From: a bacterium | GTDB lineage: Bacteria > Zhuqueibacterota > Zhuqueibacteria > Residuimicrobiales > Residuimicrobiaceae | Assembly: GCA_035419245.1 (NCBI GenBank) | Contig: DAOLSP010000001.1 | Location: 636,309 to 700,308, forward strand | Reading direction: 5' to 3' | DNA: 64,000 nt | Made by a program: the position numbers and the translations under genes | Notes under the pieces: generated by a model | What the model saw: the letters and a program-made list of their open reading frames with translations, nothing else | What the model was told of the DNA's origin: nothing | Databases searched by the model: none | Part shown: piece after piece, positions 50,458-59,888 of the stretch | Layout of the letters: every line of letters begins with the position of its first letter | How positions within the stretch are numbered: position 1 is the stretch's first letter

Positions 50458-53400
50458 GGATCTTTATCGACCGTCCGGTTATGACCACGCTGGTCATGCT
50501 GGCCATCATTATCGCGGGGATCATCGGTTACCGACAGCTGCCGGTGAGCGACTTGCCGACGGTCGATTTTCCGACGATCTCGGTCAACGCCAGCCTGCCG
50601 GGCGCGAGTCCGGAAACCATGGCTGCCGCGGTGGCGACGCCCCTCGAGAAACAGTTCACCACCATCGCCGGCATCGACAACATGACCAGCTCGTCGAGCC
50701 TGAGCAGCACCAATATTACGATCCAGTTCAATCTCGACCGGGACATCGATGCGGCTGCAGCTGATGTGCAATCGGCGATCTCGGCGGTCTCGCGGCAGCT
50801 GCCGCGAGACATGCCGGCGCCGCCCTCCTACCAGAAGGTTAATCCCGCTGACCAGCCGATCCTCTTCATCGTCCTCACTTCGCCGACCTTGCCGCTCTAC
50901 ACCATCAATGAGCTGGCCGACATTCAGCTGGCGCAGCGCATCTCGATGGTGAGCGGCATCGCCCAGGTGATGGTCTTCGGAGCGCAAAAATATGCGGTGC
51001 GGGTACAGGTCGATCCGCGCGAGCTGGCGGCGCGCAGCATCGGCATCGATGAGGTGGTCAGCGCCATCACCACCAACAACGTCAATCTGCCGACCGGCAT
51101 CCTCTGGGGGACAGAGAAGGCCTTCACCGTCAAGGCGACTGGCCAGCTCGACAATGCCGCGATGTTTCGTCGGGTGGTGGTCTCTTACCGCAACGGCGCG
51201 CCGGTGCGGCTGCAGGATCTCGCCAGCGTCTATGACGGGGTGCAGAACAACCGTGTTGCCGCCTGGTTCAACAACGACCGCTGCATCCTGCTGGCCATCC
51301 AGCGCCAGCCCGGCACCAACACCGTCGAGGTGGTGCGCAATGTCCGCCGCTTGCTCCCCAAGATCCAGGAGCAGTTGCCCGCCTCGGCGCAAGTGCACAT
51401 CCTTTTCGACAAATCCGAGCCGATCCAAGAGTCCGTCAACGATGTCAAGATGACCCTGCTTTTGACCCTCTTTCTGGTCGTACTGGTCATTTTCATCTTT
51501 TTGCGCAATGTCTCGGCGACAGTTATCCCCAGCCTTGCTTTGCCGCTCTCGGTCGTCGGCACCTTTGCGGTGATGAAGCTGCTCCACTTCAATCTCGACA
51601 ACCTTTCACTGATGGCGCTGACCCTGGCGGTGGGCTTTGTCGTCGATGATGCCATCGTCATGCTCGAGAACATCTTCCGTCATATGGAGATGGGCAAGAG
51701 TCCCTTCCAAGCCGCTGTGGACGGGGCCAAAGAGGTGAGCTTCACCATCGTCTCGATGACGTTGTCGCTGGCGGCGGTCTTCATCCCGGTGCTTTTCATG
51801 GGTGGAATCATGGGCCGTCTCTTTCGGGAATTCGCGGTGACGATCATGGTGGCGATTCTGATCTCCGGATTTGTTTCGCTCTCACTGACGCCGATGATGG
51901 GGAGCCGCTTTCTGCGCCATGAGCAGGAGAAGCGCCACGGCCGTCTCTACAATGCGATCGAATCCTTCTGGAACAAGGCACTGCGATTTTATCAACGTAC
52001 ACTGGCATGGGTGGTGGAGCGGCGGCGGGCGACGCTGCTCTTCTCTCTGGGAGTCTTTGCCATCACCATTTTTCTCTTCGTGATCGTGCCCAAGGGCTTT
52101 TTGCCGAGCGAGGATACCGGTCTGCTCAATGGGACCCTGGAGGGCGCCGAGGGGACATCGTTTGAAGGGATGCTCGACAGCCGCGCGCAGGTGACCAGCA
52201 TTCTCGCAGCCGATGACAATATCGAGCGCTTCACCGTCAGCATCGGCGGTGGGGGCGGAGGTGGTTCCAACTCCGGGCGCATGTTCATCCGCCTCAAACC
52301 GCGCGGCGAACGCAAGCTGACCGCCGATGAGGTGACCAATAACCTCCGCCGCAAGCTGGCGGGGGTCCCCGGTGTGCGTGCGTTCATCATCAATCCGCCG
52401 GTGATCAATATCGGCGGCCGCTTTGCCTCGGGCCTCTATCAGTTCACCATGCAATCCTCGGACATCAAGGGGCTTTATGCCGCCGCGCCGCAGCTCGAAC
52501 AGCGCCTCAAGGCCGACCCGATGTTCCGCGATGTCAACAGCGATCTGCGCATCAGCAATCCCGAGGTGACCCTCACCCTCGACCGCGACCGCGCCGCCTC
52601 GCTGGGCATCTCGCCGCAGACAATAGAGGAAGCTCTTTATTCGGCTTATGGCACGCGGCAGGTTTCCACCATCTTGGCCCCTAATAACCAGTACTATGTC
52701 ATGCTCGAACTCAATCCTGAGTATCAGCGGGATGCTTCGGCCTTTCAGTATCTCTATATCCGTTCGCCCTTGACGGACAAACTGGTGCCGCTGGCCACCC
52801 TGGCGGGGATCAAGCCTACGGCCGGTCCGCTGACAGTCAACCACTCCGGCCAACTTCCCTCGGTGACGATCTCCTTCAATCTGGATGACGGCGTCGCACT
52901 GAGCGAGGGGGTGGCCGCGGTCCATGCGGCGGCGCGCGAGGTCCTGCCCGCCTCGATCGCCACCAGTTTTTCCGGGACGGCCCAGGCCTTTCAATCCTCG
53001 CAGAGCAGCCTGCTCGGTCTGCTACTGCTGGCCATTCTGGTGATCTATATGATTCTGGGCATCCTCTATGAGAGTTTTATTCATCCCCTTACCATTCTCA
53101 GCGGGCTGCCCTTCGCCGGATTCGGGGCGTTGATTACATTGATGATTTTCAGGATGGATCTCAATCTCTACAGCTTTGTCGGCCTGATCATGCTGATCGG
53201 CGTGGTGAAGAAAAATGCGATCATGATGATTGATTTCGCCATCTCGGCGCGCAATGAGGGTCTCAGCGCCAGGGATGCCATCCTGCAGGCTTGCAGCATC
53301 CGTTTCCGGCCGATCATGATGACCACCGTAGCGGCGCTGATGGCGACCCTGCCGATCGCCCTCGGACTCGGGGCGGGCTCGGAGTCGCGCCGGCCGCTGG

Positions 53401-53534
53401 GCTTGTGCGTGGTGGGCGGACTGCTTTTCTCGCAGCTGATCACCCTCTACGTGACCCCGGTCTTTTACATCTATCTTGAAAAGCTGCAGAACCGGCTGGG
53501 CAGTCTCTTCGCCGGCAAAGAAAAGGCCTCTTAA
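50454..53534 (+). CDS. RND efflux permease (AcrB/HAE1-like, 12 TM).
   Basis: 'RIFIDRPVMTTLVMLAIIIAG' AcrB-type N-terminus. Two large periplasmic loops. 'VVDDAIVMLENIFRH' TM4 motif. 1026 aa. Confidence 0.9.
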   Translation: MRIFIDRPVMTTLVMLAIIIAGIIGYRQLPVSDLPTVDFPTISVNASLPGASPETMAAAVATPLEKQFTTIAGIDNMTSSSSLSSTNITIQFNLDRDIDAAAADVQSAISAVSRQLPRDMPAPPSYQKVNPADQPILFIVLTSPTLPLYTINELADIQLAQRISMVSGIAQVMVFGAQKYAVRVQVDPRELAARSIGIDEVVSAITTNNVNLPTGILWGTEKAFTVKATGQLDNAAMFRRVVVSYRNGAPVRLQDLASVYDGVQNNRVAAWFNNDRCILLAIQRQPGTNTVEVVRNVRRLLPKIQEQLPASAQVHILFDKSEPIQESVNDVKMTLLLTLFLVVLVIFIFLRNVSATVIPSLALPLSVVGTFAVMKLLHFNLDNLSLMALTLAVGFVVDDAIVMLENIFRHMEMGKSPFQAAVDGAKEVSFTIVSMTLSLAAVFIPVLFMGGIMGRLFREFAVTIMVAILISGFVSLSLTPMMGSRFLRHEQEKRHGRLYNAIESFWNKALRFYQRTLAWVVERRRATLLFSLGVFAITIFLFVIVPKGFLPSEDTGLLNGTLEGAEGTSFEGMLDSRAQVTSILAADDNIERFTVSIGGGGGGGSNSGRMFIRLKPRGERKLTADEVTNNLRRKLAGVPGVRAFIINPPVINIGGRFASGLYQFTMQSSDIKGLYAAAPQLEQRLKADPMFRDVNSDLRISNPEVTLTLDRDRAASLGISPQTIEEALYSAYGTRQVSTILAPNNQYYVMLELNPEYQRDASAFQYLYIRSPLTDKLVPLATLAGIKPTAGPLTVNHSGQLPSVTISFNLDDGVALSEGVAAVHAAAREVLPASIATSFSGTAQAFQSSQSSLLGLLLLAILVIYMILGILYESFIHPLTILSGLPFAGFGALITLMIFRMDLNLYSFVGLIMLIGVVKKNAIMMIDFAISARNEGLSARDAILQACSIRFRPIMMTTVAALMATLPIALGLGAGSESRRPLGLCVVGGLLFSQLITLYVTPVFYIYLEKLQNRLGSLFAGKEKAS

Positions 53535-53887
53535 GGTGGTGATGGCGGATCGATCTCGAGGCGGAGGATCTCGAGGTCCTCGCCGCCCTGGAGCGTCAGG
53601 CGCTCCGAACCGCAATCCGGGCAGCGGGTGGTGAGCAGATCAAGGGTGTAACGGCCGCCACAGGCCTGGCAGAGGGCGGTCAAGGGGGACTCCTCGATGA
53701 CCAGGTCGACGGATTCCAACAGCGTGCCGGCGCGGATCAGTTCGTAATGGAACCGCAGGGCTTCCGCCATAACTCCGCTCCATGGGCCGACGCGGATGAC
53801 GATACGGGAGATGTGCGCGATGCCGCGCTCCTGCATCTGGCGGATGACGGCGCGGCTGAGCGCCTGGGCGATGGAGAGTTCGTGCAT
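53531..53887 (-). CDS. hypA: HypA/HybF-family metallochaperone-like zinc-ribbon protein (hydrogenase/urease nickel-insertion type).
   Basis: 'MHELSIAQAL' HypA N-terminus. Two CxxC pairs ('CQACG...CPDCG'). About 118 aa. Confidence 0.55.
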   Translation of the reverse strand: MHELSIAQALSRAVIRQMQERGIAHISRIVIRVGPWSGVMAEALRFHYELIRAGTLLESVDLVIEESPLTALCQACGGRYTLDLLTTRCPDCGSERLTLQGGEDLEILRLEIDPPSPP

Positions 53888-53974
53888 AGGTCAGGTTTCC
53901 GCGCTTGCAGTGCCGCTGTATTATGGAGGCGGCAGTGCGTCCGGCTGCGATTGCAGCGGTTCGATGGGAAAATG

Positions 53975-54008
53975 AAAAGGGTGGCTGAGTTTCTCAGCCA
54001 CCCTTTAT
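53975..54008 (-). terminator. Intrinsic terminator after ompA-family gene.
   Basis: Perfect 12-bp stem AGGGTGGCTGAG-ttt-CTCAGCCACCCT with a U-rich minus-strand tail. Confidence 0.75.
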
Positions 54009-54079
54009 GATTATCTGGCAGGCGGATCGCCGCTGCAACCGGACCCGGCGGGAGTGGATTCCGCCCTGTAGATCACAGT

Positions 54080-54748
54080 TTACTTAGAAGTCGCAGCCCT
54101 GGCTTCCGCTTTCATGGCTTCGCCGGCGGTGATGGCGATCTCGACGCGGCGGTTCTGGGCGCGGCCTTCGGGGGTGTCATTGCTCGCCACCGGCTGGCTC
54201 TCGCCGTAGCCGATGATGGTGAAGCGGCTGATGTCGACGTTATTCTTGGCCAGGAAGGAGGCGACTGCGTGGGCGCGGGCCTCGGAGAGCTTCTGATTGT
54301 AGGCCTCGTCGCCCTGGGAATCGGCATGGCCCTCGATGAGCAGGACGGTATCGCTGTACTTGTTCAGGGTCGTGGCCAACTCCGCCAGATCGGTCTGGGC
54401 GGCAGGTTTGAGCACCGACTTGCCCGAATCGAAGAGGAGGCCGGACTTGAGGGTGACCTGGATGCCTTCACCGACACGTTCGACCTTGGCATCGGCGAGC
54501 TGCTGCTCGATCTCAGCGGCCTGCTTGTCCATCTTGTTGCCGATGTAAGCGCCGGCAGCACCACCCACCGCGGCGCCGATGATAGCGCCGAGGACGGAGT
54601 TGCCGAACTGGTTGCCTATGACCGCGCCAACTGCGCCGCCACCGGCGGTTCCCACTGCAGCGCCCTTGGTCGTCTTGTTCATGCTGGAACAGGCAATAAT
54701 GCTGAAAGAGAGCAAAGCAATCAATAGATAGGTCACTATTTTACGCAT
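54080..54748 (-). CDS. OmpA-family lipoprotein with N-terminal glycine-zipper region and C-terminal OmpA peptidoglycan-binding domain.
   Basis: 'LSFSIIACSS' lipobox. 'GAAVGTAGGGAVGAVIGNQFGNSVLGAIIGAAVGGAAGAYIG' Gly-zipper. 'IEGHADSQGDEAYNQKLSEARA' OmpA_C. GGAGG RBS 5 nt upstream of ATG 54748. Confidence 0.88.
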   Translation of the reverse strand: MRKIVTYLLIALLSFSIIACSSMNKTTKGAAVGTAGGGAVGAVIGNQFGNSVLGAIIGAAVGGAAGAYIGNKMDKQAAEIEQQLADAKVERVGEGIQVTLKSGLLFDSGKSVLKPAAQTDLAELATTLNKYSDTVLLIEGHADSQGDEAYNQKLSEARAHAVASFLAKNNVDISRFTIIGYGESQPVASNDTPEGRAQNRRVEIAITAGEAMKAEARAATSK

Positions 54749-54889
54749 GATAACCTCCACGAAAAGATGATTTGCGCGACGGATTGACTAAGGATCGTGT
54801 CAAGATATCCCCACGATATGGCGTTCGCGCATTGCAATAACGAGATAACATACAAGAATGTTCCGAATAATGCAAGAAAAATATGCCCA

Positions 54890-56356
54890 TCAGTGGGCAT
54901 AGAAATCCACCATGTGCGCGATCGCCGCTTCGCAGACGCGGCAAAAACGATCGCGGGTATTGCTGATCATCAAGCAGTCGACCATCGGCCGGTAGAGCCC
55001 ATGGGAGGCGTAACCGGCTCCCTCGAATGCCCCCACCTTGTCTTCGATGGCAGCGTACTTTTTTCTCACGGCGGCGAGCTGATCGCCCAGCTTTTTGCCC
55101 TGATCGAGGAACGGCTTTTTCACCTTGTCGAGTTCCTTCTCCCCTGCGCCGCGTGCTTGCGCCTCCTTTTGTGCTTTTTCCATGGCCCGGCCGTTCTCTA
55201 AGAGGAGATTCTGCAGGCTATCGCGCGCGGATTTGCCATACTCGGTCGGCAGAGTGATCTCCGGAGAGAGCAGGGCCTGCCATTTGATACGGCCGCGATT
55301 GAGGAGAGCGGTGATATTGGGTTCGAGCGGTTCGACTCCCTTGGGATAAAAATCGTTATAGGCAACCTCCGAGGTATAGTATTCGTCTGCGAGTCCCGCG
55401 AAGGCATGGCCGAACTCATGGACGAAGACCCGCCTGCTCAGAGCGTGATCGACGGTGGTGCAGCAGTAATCGTTATAGATCCCGCCGCCGCCGTAGCGGC
55501 TGCTGTTGACCAGAACCACAATGGCATCGTAAGGTGCCCGGCTGGCGACGCGACGCAACCGATGACCATCCTCGATCAGCATGTAGCGATCGAGATCAAA
55601 GGAATTGAAGGAGGCGTTGAGCAGGGTGTTCTTCCAGGAACCCTGGCGGGGCTCATCCATGCCCTTTTCGAGAGAAGCAATGAAAAGACCGCGGATGTTG
55701 ATTCGGTCCTGCAGCCCTTTATAGGGCTCAACGGTGAAGAGAAAGTCGCGCATCTTATCGATATCCGCATGAAATTTGGCCTGCTCGTCGGCGGTGTAGC
55801 CCTCGGCGACGAAGAGCAGATCCACTTTGACCGCTGGGGCGCCACTGATATGGGATTCATAGATTTCTGCCGCCGGGCCGCTTTCCGTATTGATATGGTA
55901 GTCGGCCGGATCGATCCTGAGGACGAAGAAAGGAGCGGGCAGATTGTTCGCGTCCCGTTTCTCCAGGACGAACTGGACGGGATGTTTGGGCGCCGGAAAG
56001 CGCACGGCCCGCCTGAAGGTGCGTTTGATCCCGTCGAGAGCCGGGCTCGTTGTGCGGTATTCGCCGTACATGCAATCAAAACCGCTCGAATAGATCAGGG
56101 CATTGGTGGCGATATCATAGAGTTTGATCTGATAGCGGCCATTGTTGAAGGGATCAATCAGGCTGGTGCGGCTTCCAGGCCAGAGCGGTTCGCGCAGGAT
56201 CGGGCCGGCGGAGATGATCTCCTCGCGGGCATCGCCGGTCTGGAAGAGTTCGAGGCGCAGGGCTGCGTCGTCGAAATAGAGGTCAAAATCCGGTATAGTC
56301 CCGGCGACCGCTGCAGCGGCCAAGAGGGTAAAGAGGAATAGCAGGCGTAGATGCAT
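54890..56356 (-). CDS. Secreted M64-family (IgA-peptidase-like) zinc metalloprotease.
   Basis: Signal peptide 'MHLRLLFLFTLLAAAAVAG'. 'HEFGHAFAGLADEY' HExxH zincin motif. The track's N-terminal extension to 56521 is rejected. Confidence 0.7.
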   Translation of the reverse strand: MHLRLLFLFTLLAAAAVAGTIPDFDLYFDDAALRLELFQTGDAREEIISAGPILREPLWPGSRTSLIDPFNNGRYQIKLYDIATNALIYSSGFDCMYGEYRTTSPALDGIKRTFRRAVRFPAPKHPVQFVLEKRDANNLPAPFFVLRIDPADYHINTESGPAAEIYESHISGAPAVKVDLLFVAEGYTADEQAKFHADIDKMRDFLFTVEPYKGLQDRINIRGLFIASLEKGMDEPRQGSWKNTLLNASFNSFDLDRYMLIEDGHRLRRVASRAPYDAIVVLVNSSRYGGGGIYNDYCCTTVDHALSRRVFVHEFGHAFAGLADEYYTSEVAYNDFYPKGVEPLEPNITALLNRGRIKWQALLSPEITLPTEYGKSARDSLQNLLLENGRAMEKAQKEAQARGAGEKELDKVKKPFLDQGKKLGDQLAAVRKKYAAIEDKVGAFEGAGYASHGLYRPMVDCLMISNTRDRFCRVCEAAIAHMVDFYAH

Positions 56357-56393
56357 CAGTGATCTCCAGTTGATGGAATGGGTTGGATGGTGC

Positions 56394-58394
56394 TCAGAGT
56401 GGTTTGGCTTCGGGCGCGCCAAAGGGATGGACCGCGTCTTCTTCACGCGCCAGCCACACGGCCATTTCGCCGCGTCCGCGATGCGCCCAGGCATAATAGG
56501 GAATGGCCATGGCGGGCACATCGCTGACCTGTACCGGGCCGGTATCCTTCTGGCTGTAGCTTTTGACGGTAGTCTGCAGCACCTCGAGGCCGTTGAGCAG
56601 ATCGTCTCTCCACAAACTGGTCACCGGGGCAGCATCCGGGAGCAGCAAATTGCGGACATGGCCGGTGGTCACATCCGGCCATTCGAAGCAGTAGACCAGG
56701 GGACCGCGTTCCAGGGCAACCCGGCCGCGGTCGGCGGCGACACTGTCGTGGGCGACGACGCGGCGGACCGGCATTGGCAGGGTCAGCTCGACCCAGTCAC
56801 CGGGCTTCCAGGTGCGCTCGATGCGGGCAAAGCCTTCCTGCATCTCAAGTGGAAAGGATTGGCCGTTGATCTCGAGGTGGAGCGGAGCCGGCGCAGGATC
56901 GACATATCGGTAGAGATCCCCCGGGATAGGCCGGCCCTGGGCCCATCCGGGAATCCGCAGATGAAGGGTGAACCGGGTGCCGCGCGGTGGCGGACTAATG
57001 AGAAGCTGGATCTGGCCATCCCAAGGATAGGCGCTCACCTGCTTGATCTGCAGCGGCTGCCCTTTCAGCTCGAATTCCGCGCTGCTCTCCGCATAGAGAT
57101 TGACATAGAGCTGATCGTCGCGGAGGGCATAGAGATAACCGGGGATGGAGGCGAGGAAGCGGGTGATGTTGCCAGGGCAGCAGGCGCAGCCGAACCACTC
57201 CTTGCGCTCATGCTGGCCGGCGGACTCGAGGGGATTGGGGTAGAAAAAGTGGGTGCCGTCGAGGGCGACCCCGGAGAGCAATCCGTTGTAGAGGGTGCGC
57301 TCGAGAACGTCGAGATACATTGACTGGCCGTGCAGCAGGAAGAGACGATAGTTCCAGTAGACATTGGCTATAGAGGCGCAGGTCTCATTATAGGCGGTCA
57401 GGTTGGGCAACTCGTAATTTTTGCCAAAGGCCTCGCCTTCGCTGGTAGCGCCGATTCCGCCGGTCAGATGGATTTTTTTCCTCGTTACATTCTGCCAGAT
57501 GAGGTCAATCGCCTGGAGGTAAGCCTGATCGCCGGTGAGGGCGGCGACATCGGCGATCCCCGCATACATATAGCCGGCGCGCACAGCATGGCCGACGGCT
57601 TCTCTCTGCTGAACGATCGGGATGTGGTCCTGGCTGTAGGGGCCATAGAGCTCGCGGCCGCCGGTCGCCTTGCCGCGGATGTCGAGGAAATAGCGGGCGG
57701 TCTGCAGATAGCGGTCATTGCGGGTGATGCGGTAGAGTTTGACCAGGCCTATTTCGATGACCTGATGGCCGGGGGGGATCTCGACCTTGCCTGGGCCGAA
57801 GGTGGTGCAAATAAGGTCGGCATATTTCAAGGCGACATCGAAGAGGTTGCGCTTGCCGGTCGCCTGATAGTGCGCGGCCGCTGCCTCGAAGAGATGCCCG
57901 GCGTTATAGAGTTCATGACTCATGAACTCATGGGACCAGCGGGTTTTGCCGCTCCACTCCTCCAGGTAGGGGGCCTTGTTGGTGCGCGCCGTATAGAGGT
58001 AACCGTCCTTTTCCTGGGCGGCGGCGATCAGCGTGATCAGGCTGTCGAGGTAGGCCTCAAGTTTCGGGTCCTTTTGCACCGCCAGGGTATAGGAGGCGCC
58101 TTCGATGATCTTGTAGACGTCACTGTCGTCGAAGGGGTATGCGCCCTGCTGCTGACCCTTGATCAAGCCGCCGGCCAAGGCGAAGTTGGCGATGCGTCCG
58201 GTCTTTTCGGATTCGGCGAAGGCGTGGGGGATGGTGATCGTGCGGTTGATCTCGATCCGCGGCGCCCAGAACGAGTCCTCGAGATGAACGCGGGTGAAGG
58301 GCACCGGCTGGATGGGATAATCCCGGGCCTTCCGCTGCGCACAGGTGAGCAGCAGAAGGGGACCGAAAAACAGCAAGAAGTAACTATTTCGCAT
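56394..58394 (-). CDS. Glycoside hydrolase family 127 (beta-L-arabinofuranosidase-like, DUF1680), secreted.
   Basis: Signal peptide 'MRNSYFLLFFGPLLLLTCA'. Cys-rich 'WFGCACCPGN' Zn/catalytic-Cys motif characteristic of GH127. About 666 aa. Confidence 0.75.
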   Translation of the reverse strand: MRNSYFLLFFGPLLLLTCAQRKARDYPIQPVPFTRVHLEDSFWAPRIEINRTITIPHAFAESEKTGRIANFALAGGLIKGQQQGAYPFDDSDVYKIIEGASYTLAVQKDPKLEAYLDSLITLIAAAQEKDGYLYTARTNKAPYLEEWSGKTRWSHEFMSHELYNAGHLFEAAAAHYQATGKRNLFDVALKYADLICTTFGPGKVEIPPGHQVIEIGLVKLYRITRNDRYLQTARYFLDIRGKATGGRELYGPYSQDHIPIVQQREAVGHAVRAGYMYAGIADVAALTGDQAYLQAIDLIWQNVTRKKIHLTGGIGATSEGEAFGKNYELPNLTAYNETCASIANVYWNYRLFLLHGQSMYLDVLERTLYNGLLSGVALDGTHFFYPNPLESAGQHERKEWFGCACCPGNITRFLASIPGYLYALRDDQLYVNLYAESSAEFELKGQPLQIKQVSAYPWDGQIQLLISPPPRGTRFTLHLRIPGWAQGRPIPGDLYRYVDPAPAPLHLEINGQSFPLEMQEGFARIERTWKPGDWVELTLPMPVRRVVAHDSVAADRGRVALERGPLVYCFEWPDVTTGHVRNLLLPDAAPVTSLWRDDLLNGLEVLQTTVKSYSQKDTGPVQVSDVPAMAIPYYAWAHRGRGEMAVWLAREEDAVHPFGAPEAKPL

Positions 58395-58540
58395 CGGAAT
58401 CTCCAGAAAGTTCAGCAGGATGGACGGTTTTTAGGATTGTAATGCGAGTGCGCCACCGTGCGGCGGCCTCGTTCGCCTTGGCGCGGCAGTATGAGCGTCC
58501 TTTAAGCGCCGGGGGTTGGCCACAGCCGGGTACATTCGGG

Positions 58541-59293
58541 TCACTGTTTTGTGATGTTGACGATGAGAAATAATCCCAAAGCAGCGGCCACCAATTCCCA
58601 GGGAAAGCGATTGCCATGACCAAACTGATTTCCGGAGAGGGTTCTCTCCTGATTGACCGGGGTGACTTCATGGATCTCGTCAAAGAGCAGCATGCGTTCG
58701 CCACAGCCGCCCAGGCACTTGTAACCGATGCCTCCGTACTGGACTGCATTTTTTTTCCGGTCATACTCGAGGACGAACTTGCCGCTGCCAGGATCGGGCG
58801 TAAAAACCAGATAATTGAGATAGTCCGCATCAAAACTGATGTGCAGCCGTATCGGCTCCCAGTTGAGATTGAATTTTTTCGACTGGAATTTGGGCAGCAG
58901 GGCATAGATTTTATGTTCGGGGATGATCTCGATGCACTTGCCCGGCAGGTTCTTCCTGATATGCAGAACCTCCTGAAAGTTGGTTTCATAGGTACGGAGG
59001 GTGTGTTCGCCCTCGCGGATCTCTTTATCCCATTCGGTATATTCGGCTTGGAGCGTCAGATCCTCGGAGAGGTAGAACTGCAGCTGGGTGAGATCGGCAT
59101 CCTTGAGCCGGTAACGATCGACGAGTGTTTTTGTCAGGACGTCATGGGATTCGTTTCCCAAAAAGGGCCCACAGCCGGGACCGCAAAAAACCAAGAGGAG
59201 CAATAAAAAGGAAGCAAGAAAAAAGGAGGGATGGTGAAGGGGCTTGCCGTTGGGGCGAAAATGAAGATTCCGCATCCGAACTCCCTGCCACAT
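58541..59293 (-). CDS. Hypothetical secreted or lipoprotein with CGPGCG and CLGGCG motifs.
   Basis: Hydrophobic N-terminus 'FFLASFLLLLLVFCGPGCG'. No recognisable domain. Confidence 0.4.
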   Translation of the reverse strand: MWQGVRMRNLHFRPNGKPLHHPSFFLASFLLLLLVFCGPGCGPFLGNESHDVLTKTLVDRYRLKDADLTQLQFYLSEDLTLQAEYTEWDKEIREGEHTLRTYETNFQEVLHIRKNLPGKCIEIIPEHKIYALLPKFQSKKFNLNWEPIRLHISFDADYLNYLVFTPDPGSGKFVLEYDRKKNAVQYGGIGYKCLGGCGERMLLFDEIHEVTPVNQERTLSGNQFGHGNRFPWELVAAALGLFLIVNITKQ

Positions 59294-59421
59294 GCTGTTT
59301 TAAATCCATAACCTGAAGCCGGCCGCCACTCGCCGGCTAGACAGAACAGCTTGTTAAAACTTAATGAGAAACACCTTCTGATGCAAGGATAAATTTTCCT
59401 CATGGCCTGGGCGGGCCGGCA

Positions 59422-59451
59422 TAAAAAAACCCCGCTCCTCGGGGAGCGGGG
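59422..59451 (-). terminator. Intrinsic terminator after csp.
   Basis: CCCCGCTCC-tcgg-GGAGCGGGG 9-bp stem followed on the minus strand by U7. Confidence 0.8.
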
Positions 59452-59473
59452 TTCAAGTTCGTCGTTGTCAAGC

Positions 59474-59674
59474 CTAGAGTTTGGTGACGTTGCTGGCTTG
59501 GAGGCCCTTCTGGCCCTGGGTGACTTCGAACTCGACTTGATCACCCTCATCCAGTGACTTGTAGCCGGTGCCCTGGATGGCATTGAAATGCACAAAGACG
59601 TCGCCGCCCTGTTCTCTGGTGATGAAGCCATAGCCCTTGGAGGCGTTGAACCACTTGACGGTACCTTTTTCCAT
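59474..59674 (-). CDS. csp: Cold-shock protein (CspA family, S1-like CSD).
   Basis: '[18 protein letters not shown]' RNP1. 'VFVHF' RNP2. 66 aa. Long AT-rich 5' leader upstream. Confidence 0.92.
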   Translation of the reverse strand: MEKGTVKWFNASKGYGFITREQGGDVFVHFNAIQGTGYKSLDEGDQVEFEVTQGQKGLQASNVTKL

Positions 59675-59888
59675 CTTTGAAACCCCTGCCAAAAAAGTAA
59701 CTGAAACCTCGTACCACTTTTGACGCTTGCTCCCGGCCGTCCATCTTACCGGGCTGACACAGAAGGGCGTTTAAAAAAGCGTACTTTATTTATCTTTTAT
59801 TTTACAATAAATTAAATAAAAAAGCAAGCAAAATGTGCATTTTTTGTTCGGCTTTCCGCTCCGGCGCCTCCGCCGGAGACGGGAGATT

